A DNA stretch of 25,764 bases from Promethearchaeota archaeon (GTDB taxonomy: Archaea; Asgardarchaeota; Hermodarchaeia; Hermodarchaeales; Hermodarchaeaceae). This document shows, piece by piece, positions 7,995 to 17,170 of the stretch; the stretch's first letter is position 1, and each line of letters begins with the position of its first letter. The notes under the pieces were generated by a model. It saw only the letters and a program-made list of their open reading frames with translations. It was not told the origin of the DNA and searched no databases. A program made the translations under genes and the position numbers. Location of the stretch: positions 1 to 25,764 of the forward strand of contig JBHLPR010000030.1 of NCBI GenBank assembly GCA_048939245.1, written 5' to 3'.

Positions 7995-9104
7995 ATGCTT
8001 GAATTCGGACAACTACTATTTTACTCGCGGTCTTGGGATTTAGTGAAGTCCAAAGTGGCAAAGATGGTCCAACAGAAGAATTGGAGTACTTGTTGGGTAC
8101 CTGACCATCTCCGAGGACTACCTCCGTTTGCTATTGATGCATTTCTTTCTCCATGGACGATGTTGGCGGCTTTTACAGAGCTTGCACCGAGTATGTCTTT
8201 GGGTGTGGCAGTCACCGATGCGATTCGTCTCCATCCGGCTATTCTTGCTCAAAACGCGGTTTCCCTAGACCATCAATCTGGTGGGCGTTTCATCCTGGGA
8301 ATGGGTGCTGGAGAAAAAATGAACCTAGCTGTGTATGGGTTCGATGCAAAACATGCTGTAACCCGTTTGAAGGAATGTATTGAGGTCATGAAGCTGCTGT
8401 GGACTCAATCTGGTCCTGTAAACCATTATGGTCAATTCTATCGCTTAGAGCGAGCTGTGTTGGAACCGAAACCAGTTACGAAACCTCACCCCCCGATCTG
8501 GATTGCTGGTAATGGTCCGCGAACCCGGAAACTGACTGCGGAACTGGCGGATGGCTGGGTTCCATTTCCAGTCTTGCCAGAGCTGTACCGTGATGGCTTG
8601 AAAGATATCTACGCACACATGAAATCTATTGGTCGTGACTCTTCCTCGTTTTCAGCTGGATTCTGGGGTCGGGTGTTCATGCATGATGATCCCGCTCGTG
8701 TGTCTCAATATTTGGGAGGGCTCCGGGGACAACTTGCGTTACAACCCAGTGTATTGGATGTGCTGGGATATTGGAAAAAGGAATATGCGGCAATTTATCG
8801 AGAACAGGGAATTAACCATGACAAGCTCAGTCTCCTCACTTATGATGCTGAGGACGTTGCGAAACTGGATATTAGTAAATTACTCCCCATTGTCCAGGAT
8901 ATCCCTGAGGCTGCCATCAAATCCATCACTTTGGCTGGATCTCCCGAAGAGGTCAGGAAGAAAATTCAAGGGTTCGTTGATGCAGGCGCAAGAAGTTTTT
9001 GTTTTGAAATCATCAATGGTGTGAGTAAACGAAATGCCCCTTTTACCTACTTTGATGTTTCGCGAATTCTTGCAGAAGAAATCTATCCTCTCTTGGAATA
9101 TTAG
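7995..9104 (+). CDS. LLM-class flavin (possibly F420)-dependent oxidoreductase
   Basis: Motifs WVPDH, LGVAVTD, HPAILAQ, LDHQSGGRFILGMGAGE, PKPVTKPHPPIWIAGNGP, ADGW and GSPEEV. Confidence 0.9.
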   Translation: MLEFGQLLFYSRSWDLVKSKVAKMVQQKNWSTCWVPDHLRGLPPFAIDAFLSPWTMLAAFTELAPSMSLGVAVTDAIRLHPAILAQNAVSLDHQSGGRFILGMGAGEKMNLAVYGFDAKHAVTRLKECIEVMKLLWTQSGPVNHYGQFYRLERAVLEPKPVTKPHPPIWIAGNGPRTRKLTAELADGWVPFPVLPELYRDGLKDIYAHMKSIGRDSSSFSAGFWGRVFMHDDPARVSQYLGGLRGQLALQPSVLDVLGYWKKEYAAIYREQGINHDKLSLLTYDAEDVAKLDISKLLPIVQDIPEAAIKSITLAGSPEEVRKKIQGFVDAGARSFCFEIINGVSKRNAPFTYFDVSRILAEEIYPLLEY

Positions 9105-9262
9105 GGTAAATTTTGTGTTCCTTTGTGTAGGTGAGGAGTGCTTGAGAGACCATGCTATTTATACCATCAAGGGATTCCAAATCGCTTCCTAGCACTCTTA
9201 TAAGAGAAGGCAGATGCTACCTTGGCTTATAACGGATTTACAATTGACATGGCTGACTAATC

Positions 9263-10405
9263 ATGGTTGAACCATTAGAGTTTGTGAAGCATCAATCGCG
9301 AATTGCCTCTGTCGACGTTCTTCGCGGCGTTGCCTTGGTGTTTATGATTATTAATCACTTTGGCCAAACCTTCGTTGGTGGTGGATTTCACTCACTGATT
9401 GCCATGGTGATTCTCTTTTTTGGCATCATCCCCGCTCCTCTTTTCTATATTGTAGCAGGAATTAGTGTTGTCTTAATGAATCACCGATTCCATTTGAATG
9501 GGAAATCCAGCAAATCCATTTGGCAGTGGGTCTTCTCTCGTGGTATTCTCATTCTCGGGTTAGGCTATCTTTTTTCAATTGTGATGTTTGGAACAATCTG
9601 GGTTCTCGACTGGAGTATTCTTCAACTGATTGGCTTATCTCTCATCGTCGCGCAACTAGCTCTTTCTATCCCCAAACGCTATCGAATCCTTTTTCCCATC
9701 ATCATTATTGTTCTCGCTCCCTTTCTTCGAATCTGGTTAAACTATAATCTCCTTGTTGGTACTGTTGGCAACATCCATTATGCCCCACCTCAGACTCTGT
9801 TAGATCATCTCTCAGCGATTATAGCTACTGGAAAAGCTCCACTTTTTCCATGGCTTGCTTGTCCTATCATGGGTACTATAATCGGCGAGTTAATTATCGA
9901 AAAATCATCCAATCCCCGACGACTCGCCTACGACATACTTGTGGTTGGGAGTCTGTTGTGTACGCTAGTACTTCCTTTCTTCTTACTCGGAGACGCGGTG
10001 ACTCAATATCCCTTGACCAACGGCTTCTTTCTTCTTTCAACAGGGATGGCACTCCTTTCTGTAGCTAGTGTAATTGTCACTGTGGATGTATGGCAGTGGT
10101 GGAATCCTGCAAGCCAGTTTCTCGAAATTAATGGACAAATTGCCTTAATCTCCTATGTCGCCCACCACCTCTATGGGATTGTCTTCTTTGGTGTGATTTT
10201 AGGATTCTACCGTTCAGTTGGTGTTATGGGTTGGATACTCATTACACTCAGTTATTTCGGACTTTCTTTGTTCTTTGCCTATTTTTGGCTCCCTTTCCGC
10301 AAACAACGCTCCTCCTACTGGGATGTCGTCGTCACGTATCTTATCCTCCTTATCGCCCTCGTTATGCGTTGGGTTCTTTCTCTCTTGGGATATTGGGCGT
10401 TCTAA
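9263..10405 (+). CDS. DUF1624 / heparan-alpha-glucosaminide N-acetyltransferase-like polytopic membrane protein
   Basis: Motifs RIASVDVLRGVALVFMIINH, APLFYIVAGIS, RG, ILQLIG, PLFPW and ALISYVAHH; ~10 TM segments. Confidence 0.8.
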   Translation: MVEPLEFVKHQSRIASVDVLRGVALVFMIINHFGQTFVGGGFHSLIAMVILFFGIIPAPLFYIVAGISVVLMNHRFHLNGKSSKSIWQWVFSRGILILGLGYLFSIVMFGTIWVLDWSILQLIGLSLIVAQLALSIPKRYRILFPIIIIVLAPFLRIWLNYNLLVGTVGNIHYAPPQTLLDHLSAIIATGKAPLFPWLACPIMGTIIGELIIEKSSNPRRLAYDILVVGSLLCTLVLPFFLLGDAVTQYPLTNGFFLLSTGMALLSVASVIVTVDVWQWWNPASQFLEINGQIALISYVAHHLYGIVFFGVILGFYRSVGVMGWILITLSYFGLSLFFAYFWLPFRKQRSSYWDVVVTYLILLIALVMRWVLSLLGYWAF

Positions 10406-10476
10406 TAGGCTAAAATCTGGGTAGTTTTACTCGTGGACAAAAATTAAGTGGCACAACGAAAAGAAGTCTCTTTGTC

Positions 10477-11421
10477 ATGACTATCCTTCGAATTGGCCAT
10501 TTGTCGACAGCATATCATACAGCCTTTATCTTAATGGGCGGCCATTGGGTGGAAAAAAGAATGAAGCAACAAGCCGAATGGGCGCTCTTTCCCACAGGTC
10601 CTGCAATGGTTCAAGCTTTTAAGAAGGGTGACCTAGACATCGGCTATATTGGGCTTCCTCCAGCGATGATTGGCATGGAGCAGGGATTGAAAATACAGTG
10701 TGTCGGTGGAGGGCATGTTGAAGGAACTGTTATTACGGGAATTGCTGGATATCAGACACTTCAAGATACTGGATCCGTTGAAGCAACCTTGGCACAATTC
10801 AAGGGGAAAAAAATTGGAACACCATCAAAGGGTTCAATTCATGATGTTATTATCCGGAAAATGATATCTGATGCAGGGCTAGCAAGGTCAGTTACTATCG
10901 AAAACTTTGTTTGGGCTGATTTCATCCTTGAAGCCATGGAAGATGAGAAAGTCGCTGGTGGCTGTGGCACCCCTCCGCTAGCGGTTCTGGCTCAAAGATA
11001 TCTTAATGCTCCCTTAGTGTTACCTCCTAGTGCGATTTGGCCTTACAATCCTAGCTACGGTATTGTTGCTACTAAGAAGATGATTTCAGATTCTTCTGAA
11101 CTTGTTCAGGGCTTTTTAGAAATTCATGAAGATGCCTGTAATCTAATGCGAGAGGATCCAGCGAAGGCTGCTTCTTTAGCGGTCAAAGAGATTGGGATTG
11201 TTGATGAAGCTTTTCTTCTACAAGTCTTTCGTGTATCACCAAAATATTGTGCAAGTCTTCCTCCTGAATATATCAAATCCACCTTAGCTTTTATTCCAGT
11301 GCTCCAGGAGATGGGCTATATTCAACGTGAACTCGATGAAAACGAAATTTTTGATACGCGGCTAATCCAGAAGGTCCATCCAAGTCCTCATCATTATGAC
11401 GATCCAGCACAACTTGGTTAA
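10477..11421 (+). CDS. NitT/TauT (NMT1/THI5-like) type 2 periplasmic-binding-fold protein lacking a signal peptide
   Basis: Motifs LRIGHL, FPTGPAMVQAFKKGDLDIGYIG, KGKKIGTPSKGSIHD and P-KAA. There is no N-terminal hydrophobic or lipobox segment. Confidence 0.8.
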   Translation: MTILRIGHLSTAYHTAFILMGGHWVEKRMKQQAEWALFPTGPAMVQAFKKGDLDIGYIGLPPAMIGMEQGLKIQCVGGGHVEGTVITGIAGYQTLQDTGSVEATLAQFKGKKIGTPSKGSIHDVIIRKMISDAGLARSVTIENFVWADFILEAMEDEKVAGGCGTPPLAVLAQRYLNAPLVLPPSAIWPYNPSYGIVATKKMISDSSELVQGFLEIHEDACNLMREDPAKAASLAVKEIGIVDEAFLLQVFRVSPKYCASLPPEYIKSTLAFIPVLQEMGYIQRELDENEIFDTRLIQKVHPSPHHYDDPAQLG

Positions 11422-11427
11422 GCTTCT

Positions 11428-11712
11428 TTATCCTCCCGCCACGGGTGGAATAATAACCAGCTCGCTTTCGTTTTGGACGGGTGTTCTAAATCCGTCTAAA
11501 TTGGCGATGTTTTTTCCGTCAATAAAATAGATGATTTGTAAACCCCGGATGTCACGACCTGACCGAATCATTCGATTAAAGGCTTTACCATATTTCTTAG
11601 AAAGGGTTTTCAGTATATCCTCGACGGTGGCACCGTTCTCGATTTCGATTACCTCTTCTCGAGTTCCAGTAATCTCGCGAATGACGCTAAGATAACGGAT
11701 CGTCACAAACAT
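11428..11712 (-). CDS. Ubiquitin-like small archaeal modifier protein (SAMP) / MoaD-ThiS family sulfur carrier
   Basis: 94-aa beta-grasp pattern (REITG, ATVEDIL, GKNI) ending in IIPPVAGG. Confidence 0.9.
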   Translation of the reverse strand: MFVTIRYLSVIREITGTREEVIEIENGATVEDILKTLSKKYGKAFNRMIRSGRDIRGLQIIYFIDGKNIANLDGFRTPVQNESELVIIPPVAGG

Positions 11713-11868
11713 GCTGGCTCAGCTGTTCCTGTGTGATTATATGAGTTATAAACGTCACGATGATTCTATGGTTTCTATTCCAATTAGAACCTTTGAAATC
11801 AGGTGGGGGGTAACACTAATTAGGTGCACAGAAGTGGTGTCATCTATACTTGTAGGTGTGGTGGAAAG

Positions 11869-13302
11869 GTGAAGCCTCGAAGGATACCTACCCGCTCTAA
11901 AATTGTCTGCACAATTGGACCTGCCTGTGAAAGTAAAGAGATATTATTGCAGATGGCGAAAGCTGGAATGGACGTCCTACGGCTCAATCTCTCCCATGGC
12001 ACAATAGCTGAGCATCAAACCCGTTTTAAGCGTATACGCAAGGTCCTTCCCTATCATCCTATCCTCATGGACCTTGAAGGACCCAGAGTACGGATTGGAG
12101 ATGTAAAAGCCCCAATCGATTTGGCGGAAGGTGACCACATCACCTTAACAACAAAAGATATTGAGGGCGATACCGCACGAGTAAGCATTTCACTAAAAAC
12201 GCTTCCGAAGCTCATTAAAGCCGGTCACAGTATCTTCATCAATGACGGCATTGTTGAACTACGAGTTAACGAAATCCGGGGGTCCGAAATTCACGCCGTC
12301 GTTGTTACTGGAGGTGAAATCAGTAGTAACAAAGGAGTAAACGTTCCTGGTGTGGATCTTGGCATGACCGTCCCCACACCACAAGATATCAGACATCTCA
12401 AGTTTATTGCTGAACTCGGACCAGAATTTGTAGCGGTCTCTGCGGTTAAACACAAAGATGAAGTCGAAAAAGTTCAGGCATTTCTCCGAAATGAAGGGAC
12501 CGATATTCCCGTCATTTCCAAAATTGAACACATAATGGGGATCCAAAATTTCGATGAGATTTTAGAAGCCAGTTATGGAATCATGGTGGCTCGGGGTGAT
12601 CTCGGTGTAGAAATTCCTCCCGAGCAAGTTCCGCTTCTTCAAAAAGAAATAATCCGTAAGTGCAACCAAACCGGAAAACCTGTCATTGTCGCTACCCAAA
12701 TGCTCGAATCCATGGTTCGGAATTCTCGTCCCACTCGGGCTGAAACTAGTGACGTTGCAAATGCCATCTTGGATGGATCTGATGCAGTCATGCTCTCAGC
12801 TGAGACAGCCGTGGGACGTCACCCAGTTGCGGCAGTTCGGGTCATGGAAACAATCGGCAAACAAGTGATTCCGTCCTTTCCCCAGCGAGACTCAACTTAT
12901 TATGATTCGGGACAGCATTTGATTGCTGAAGAACTGGGGCGCTCTGTGGTTTCCATGGCACAAAACCTGAACGTGCAAACCGTTCTCGTTTTTACGATGG
13001 CGGGCTACTCTGCTCGAATGGTTTCGAAATATCGACCGCCTGTCCGTATCATTGCGAGTACACCGCATATTCGAGTACAACGGCAAATGAAGCTCCTCTG
13101 GGGAACTGAGAGTTTACTGATAAAGCATGGTGATAATATGGATGAACTGCTCCAGCTCGCTATTAACCAACTTCATGGCGATGGGGTTGTGAAACCTGAG
13201 GAACGAATTATCGTCGTCCGTGCTTCCGCTTTGGTCCCAGGAAAAACTAACGTACTGGAAGTATTCACTGTCAAAGATGTTCTTGATGCCAAAATTCATT
13301 AG
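11869..13302 (+). CDS. pyk: Pyruvate kinase
   Basis: Motifs KIVCTIGPA, RLNLSHG, KGVNVPG, SKIE, IMVARGDLGVE, ATQMLESM, PTRAETSDVANAILDGSDAVMLSAETA. GTG 11869 is the likely start (ORF track starts at 11824). Confidence 0.97.
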   Translation: MKPRRIPTRSKIVCTIGPACESKEILLQMAKAGMDVLRLNLSHGTIAEHQTRFKRIRKVLPYHPILMDLEGPRVRIGDVKAPIDLAEGDHITLTTKDIEGDTARVSISLKTLPKLIKAGHSIFINDGIVELRVNEIRGSEIHAVVVTGGEISSNKGVNVPGVDLGMTVPTPQDIRHLKFIAELGPEFVAVSAVKHKDEVEKVQAFLRNEGTDIPVISKIEHIMGIQNFDEILEASYGIMVARGDLGVEIPPEQVPLLQKEIIRKCNQTGKPVIVATQMLESMVRNSRPTRAETSDVANAILDGSDAVMLSAETAVGRHPVAAVRVMETIGKQVIPSFPQRDSTYYDSGQHLIAEELGRSVVSMAQNLNVQTVLVFTMAGYSARMVSKYRPPVRIIASTPHIRVQRQMKLLWGTESLLIKHGDNMDELLQLAINQLHGDGVVKPEERIIVVRASALVPGKTNVLEVFTVKDVLDAKIH

Positions 13303-13317
13303 TCTGCTGACAGGGCT

Positions 13318-13782
13318 CTACGCTAAACCCGTTTGATCCCGATATTTGCCCAGCATTTGAAGGGCTAAGACTGCACGATTTCTCACCGTTAGAGAGGGAT
13401 CGTTTAATACCTTAGTCAATGGAGTAACAGCTCGATAATCACCAAGTAATCCCAATGCAAGAGCTGCTTGGTCGCGGACGGTGTAATCGGAATCTTTGAG
13501 TGCGGCGATGAGTGGTTCAACGGCTCGTTGATCCCCCAACAATCCTAAAGATAACGCCGCACAACTCCTTACCCCAAAAGCCTGATCTTGCAGTGCATTG
13601 ATGAGTGGTCCAACTGCTCGATTATCACCAAGCTTTCCTAGCGTTAAGACTGCTTGTCGGCGTTTACCAGCAGACCGATTATGAAGTGCTTTGAGATGAC
13701 GCTCCACTCTTCCCCTCTTTTGGGGCGCTGGATTTGTATCTCTTGGCTTCAACTTATTGACCGGATTATTTTGCTCTTCCAA
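13318..13782 (-). CDS. PBS-lyase/HEAT-like repeat protein (four 31-aa repeats)
   Basis: Repeating V-PLI-AL-D----VR--AA-ALG-LGD-RA units. TTG start preceded by GGAG. Confidence 0.85.
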   Translation of the reverse strand: MEEQNNPVNKLKPRDTNPAPQKRGRVERHLKALHNRSAGKRRQAVLTLGKLGDNRAVGPLINALQDQAFGVRSCAALSLGLLGDQRAVEPLIAALKDSDYTVRDQAALALGLLGDYRAVTPLTKVLNDPSLTVRNRAVLALQMLGKYRDQTGLA

Positions 13783-13942
13783 TCTGATAGCTCCGCTGGG
13801 TGATGTGGCACTATTGGCGTCTTCTAGCTTTATATTTTCTATGGCAATTTAAGTCGGGTCCGAACTAAACGCTAAAACGGAAGTAAGCCTTTTATCACCC
13901 ATAGTAGTCTTTGACTGTGAAGGCAATACTTGGTGATTACTA

Positions 13943-14854
13943 TTGACTGAACCTGCAATCGAAGACAAACGCATCACTCTCGAAGAAGTGACCAAAAAAG
14001 TTCCCGACGGTGCCCACATCGCTTGGGGTGGCTTTGGCTACCAACGTCCTCCTGAAGCCTTTGCCATGGAACTCATTCGACAAAAGAAACGCAGTATTCG
14101 TATCTATACTTGTGGATCTGAACATGATTTAGATATCCTTGTTGGCGCTGGGGTCTGTTTGGAATTTGAAGTGGCATTCTTTGCGATTGAAGCGTTGGGT
14201 CTTGCTCCAAATCTTCGTCGTCGGACAAAGGAGGGGAAGGTGAAGTTCGAAGATTATTCGAATCTTGCTATGGCGTTGCGCTTTTTGGGTGGAGCGTTGA
14301 ATGTGCCGTTTATGCCGATTCGCCACATGATTGGCACGAATATGATGGATAAGTTCCGCCTTCGAAAAGATAAAGCGAAAGTCTTAGAGTGTCCTTTCAC
14401 TGGCACACCAATCACTCTACTTCCATCGATTCAAGCAGATTTTGGAGTAATCTGCGCTCAGAGAGCTGATCAAGCAGGTAATGTTCAGATTTTTGGAATA
14501 AAAGGGGAAGACAACGAAATCACTCGCTGTGCCAAGAAGTCCATCGTGTTTGTTGAAGAGATTATTTCAAATGAGGAGATTCGTCAGAATCCCGACCTAA
14601 CCACGATTCCCGGTTTATATGTAGACTATGTGGTTGAACTCCCCTTTGGTAGTTGGCCTATGCAGGTCTATGGGATGTATGACTATGATCTTCCACATTT
14701 GCAATACTATGTTCAACAATGCAAAACTGAGGAAGGCTGGGAAGAATATCTGGACGAATGGATTGTGGGTGTGGAAAATCACCAGGGGTTACTCAAAAGA
14801 ATCGGTAAGAAACGATTGAAGGAATTGCAAGCTGATCCACGCTATGGTTACTAA
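13943..14854 (+). CDS. gctA: Family I CoA-transferase alpha subunit (glutaconate CoA-transferase A-like)
   Basis: Motifs DGAHIAWGGF, ELIRQ, DILVGAG, EDYSN-AMALRF-GGALNVPF, CPFTG, AQRADQAGN and YDYD. GGTGA RBS precedes TTG. Confidence 0.85.
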   Translation: MTEPAIEDKRITLEEVTKKVPDGAHIAWGGFGYQRPPEAFAMELIRQKKRSIRIYTCGSEHDLDILVGAGVCLEFEVAFFAIEALGLAPNLRRRTKEGKVKFEDYSNLAMALRFLGGALNVPFMPIRHMIGTNMMDKFRLRKDKAKVLECPFTGTPITLLPSIQADFGVICAQRADQAGNVQIFGIKGEDNEITRCAKKSIVFVEEIISNEEIRQNPDLTTIPGLYVDYVVELPFGSWPMQVYGMYDYDLPHLQYYVQQCKTEEGWEEYLDEWIVGVENHQGLLKRIGKKRLKELQADPRYGY

Positions 14855-14860
14855 GAGGAC

Positions 14861-15643
14861 GTGATGAAAATGGTAGAATATACAGCAACAGAAATGATGG
14901 CGGTCTGTGGAGCACATGCGGTCCAAGATGGTGAACGCGTATTTGCGGGAACTGGGCTTCCGGTTCTTGGAGCTATGCTTGCCAAGGTTACTCATGCCCC
15001 GAATGCCATTATCATCTATGAAGGGGGCAATGTTGATACGCAAAACAAAGATCTTGCCTTGTCGGTAGCTGATTCACGATTAGGTTATCGGGCTGCTGCA
15101 TCGATTGGTCTCATTGAAACCTTAGGGTTCCTGATGATGGGCGGACGTGTCGATGTGGGCTTTCTTGGTGCAGCCCAAATCGATGAATTTGGCAATATTA
15201 ACACCTCCTATATTGGAGATTTTGAGACTCCTAAAGTTCGGCTACCCGGAAGTGGCGGAGGCAATGACATAGCGAGTTCTGCGGGTCGCATTATTTTGAT
15301 GTTTACCCATGACGCCCGAAAATTTGTGAAAAAACTCGATTACCTCACCAGCCCTGGGCACCTCTCTGGACCTGGAAGTCGCGAAAAACTTGGCTTAATC
15401 GGGGGTGGTCCTGCTTTAGTGGTCACAGATAAATGCCAGATGGACTTTGACTCTAAGACAAAACGAATCCGCTTAAAGTCAGTTCATCCAGGGGTGACCG
15501 TTAACTGGGTGAAAGAAAATGTGATGTTTGACCTCATAGTGCCCAAAGAGGTTCCCACGACGGCTGAGCCAACTGAACAAGAATTAGAAAAACTCCGTGG
15601 CTTGGATCCCCAACGGATCTATCTGGGGAAAGGGCAAAAGTAA
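14861..15643 (+). CDS. gctB: Family I CoA-transferase beta subunit (glutaconate CoA-transferase B-like)
   Basis: Motifs FAGTGLP, IIYEGG (catalytic Glu position), DVGFLGAAQIDEFGNIN, RLPGSGGGNDIAS and TSPG. Starts 6 nt after subunit A. Confidence 0.85.
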   Translation: MMKMVEYTATEMMAVCGAHAVQDGERVFAGTGLPVLGAMLAKVTHAPNAIIIYEGGNVDTQNKDLALSVADSRLGYRAAASIGLIETLGFLMMGGRVDVGFLGAAQIDEFGNINTSYIGDFETPKVRLPGSGGGNDIASSAGRIILMFTHDARKFVKKLDYLTSPGHLSGPGSREKLGLIGGGPALVVTDKCQMDFDSKTKRIRLKSVHPGVTVNWVKENVMFDLIVPKEVPTTAEPTEQELEKLRGLDPQRIYLGKGQK

Positions 15644-15653
15644 AGGTCTCCTA

Positions 15654-16073
15654 TTATTCTCCAATGGCTTGGACTACTAACTGGCGGCTTCGTGGTCGAA
15701 TATCTAATTCCAGGAATACGATTTGCTGCCATGTCCCCAAGGGCAACTTTCCTTTCTGAATTGGTATCGTGATGCTTGGACCAATAATTGATGCTCGGAC
15801 GTGGCTGTGTCCATTCCCATCTTGCCAGCGTAAATGGTGTTCATAGACAGCGTCACGGGGGGCGAACCTTTCCATAGCGTCGGGTAAGTCTTTAAGGAGT
15901 CCTGGTTCGTATTCGATGGTGGTTAGTGCTGCGGTGGAACCAGTGCAAAAAATCGTGACTAGCCCAGATTGAATTTTACTTTTTAATACTTGTTTTTTTA
16001 CATGTTGAGTGACATCGATGATGTCAGGCTCACCTTGGGTCTCTAAATGGATTTCATCTGAATATGTAATCAT
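15654..16073 (-). CDS. yjbQ: YjbQ / UPF0047 secondary thiamine-phosphate synthase family protein
   Basis: Motifs GSTAALTTIEYEPGL, YEHH, DGNGHSHVRA and LGTWQQIVFLE. Confidence 0.92.
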   Translation of the reverse strand: MITYSDEIHLETQGEPDIIDVTQHVKKQVLKSKIQSGLVTIFCTGSTAALTTIEYEPGLLKDLPDAMERFAPRDAVYEHHLRWQDGNGHSHVRASIIGPSITIPIQKGKLPLGTWQQIVFLELDIRPRSRQLVVQAIGE

Positions 16074-16176
16074 GATAACACCGTCAAGACAGTGTTGTGG
16101 GTTTGCTTGGTTAATAATGCTGTGAGATTAATAGCAAAAATAAAAGGGAGGGAAAAGACGATGGAGTCGACTTTCC

Positions 16177-17085
16177 ATGCTAATTTTAGGAGTCGCTGCT
16201 TCATTAACTGCTGCGGTCGCTTGGGCGATTAGTGCAGCATTTTATAAAACAGGCGCAAAAGAAGTCCCTGCTCTGGCTTCCAATTTGATTCGAATACTTG
16301 CACCTCTTTTTCTCCTCATGATTGGAGCACTAATGCTCAATCTGTATTCGCAAATCTTACTTTTGAGTCCTTGGGAACTTTTGTTGATATTTGGTAGTAG
16401 TATTTTTGCCTTTGTTGTAGGTGACGCGTTGTATTTCGTGACAATTCAAAATATTGGGGTTAGTCGGGGAGTGCCTATTACCGCAACCTATCCTCTCTTC
16501 ACTCTCCTCTTGCAGATCCTATTCCTTGCTCAACCTGTGCATTTTCTCATGGTACCAGCTGCTATCATTACGGTTACTGGGATTGCATTGCTTGGTCGTC
16601 AATTGGATATTTCAGCACAAACTGAAGAGAATATCTCCCGACGACAAATGTGGATCGGTATTTGTGCTGCACTCGCTACAGCATTCGCTTGGAGTATTAG
16701 CATCATCTTTCTTTCAACCGTCTTACAAACAACCAACCTCGTGTTAGTGGCAGTCATTCGACTAACTATCGCTTTGGCTATTCTCTCTCCTCTCGTTTTG
16801 GGGCAACAGCTCATCAAACGGGGATTGCCTCTTACTCGTCGAAAACTAGTCTACTTATCCATTGGAGGAATTTCTGCCTTGACCATCGGTTATGTAGCCT
16901 TTGCCTTCGCCCTGCAAATCATAGATACGACTTCTGTGGCCCTCCTTTCTTCTCTCACTCCACTCTTTGCAGCGATTATCAGTTGGCGAACACTTCAAGA
17001 GAGCTTTGATGTTAAGACCTTGATTGCAATTATCGCCTGTATTATTGGAGTATTTCTCACAACGATTGCTGTTGCTCTCGTATGA
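16177..17085 (+). CDS. EamA/DMT family transporter
   Basis: Two EamA repeats (AAVAWA...GDALYF...IGVSRGVPITATYPLFT; TAFAWS...SSLTPLFA) and ~10 TM segments. Confidence 0.9.
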   Translation: MLILGVAASLTAAVAWAISAAFYKTGAKEVPALASNLIRILAPLFLLMIGALMLNLYSQILLLSPWELLLIFGSSIFAFVVGDALYFVTIQNIGVSRGVPITATYPLFTLLLQILFLAQPVHFLMVPAAIITVTGIALLGRQLDISAQTEENISRRQMWIGICAALATAFAWSISIIFLSTVLQTTNLVLVAVIRLTIALAILSPLVLGQQLIKRGLPLTRRKLVYLSIGGISALTIGYVAFAFALQIIDTTSVALLSSLTPLFAAIISWRTLQESFDVKTLIAIIACIIGVFLTTIAVALV

Positions 17086-17170
17086 GCTTCAACCTTATCA
17101 AAGGGAATGTTTTAAGGTAAACTATCTCCATTCTTCGATACGAAATCTAAACTTCAATGGAGGCGCACCA

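Noticed and set aside
13943-15643. CoA-transferase as part of a glutamate fermentation module with the B12 enzyme
   Set aside because: It lies 11 kb away with unrelated genes between, and no methylaspartase or hydroxyglutaryl-CoA dehydratase is in the window.
17024-17170. 49-aa N-terminal extension of RuBisCO in the ORF track
   Set aside because: It overlaps the EamA gene, whereas ATG 17171 has a GGAGG RBS and a TTTAAG box upstream.
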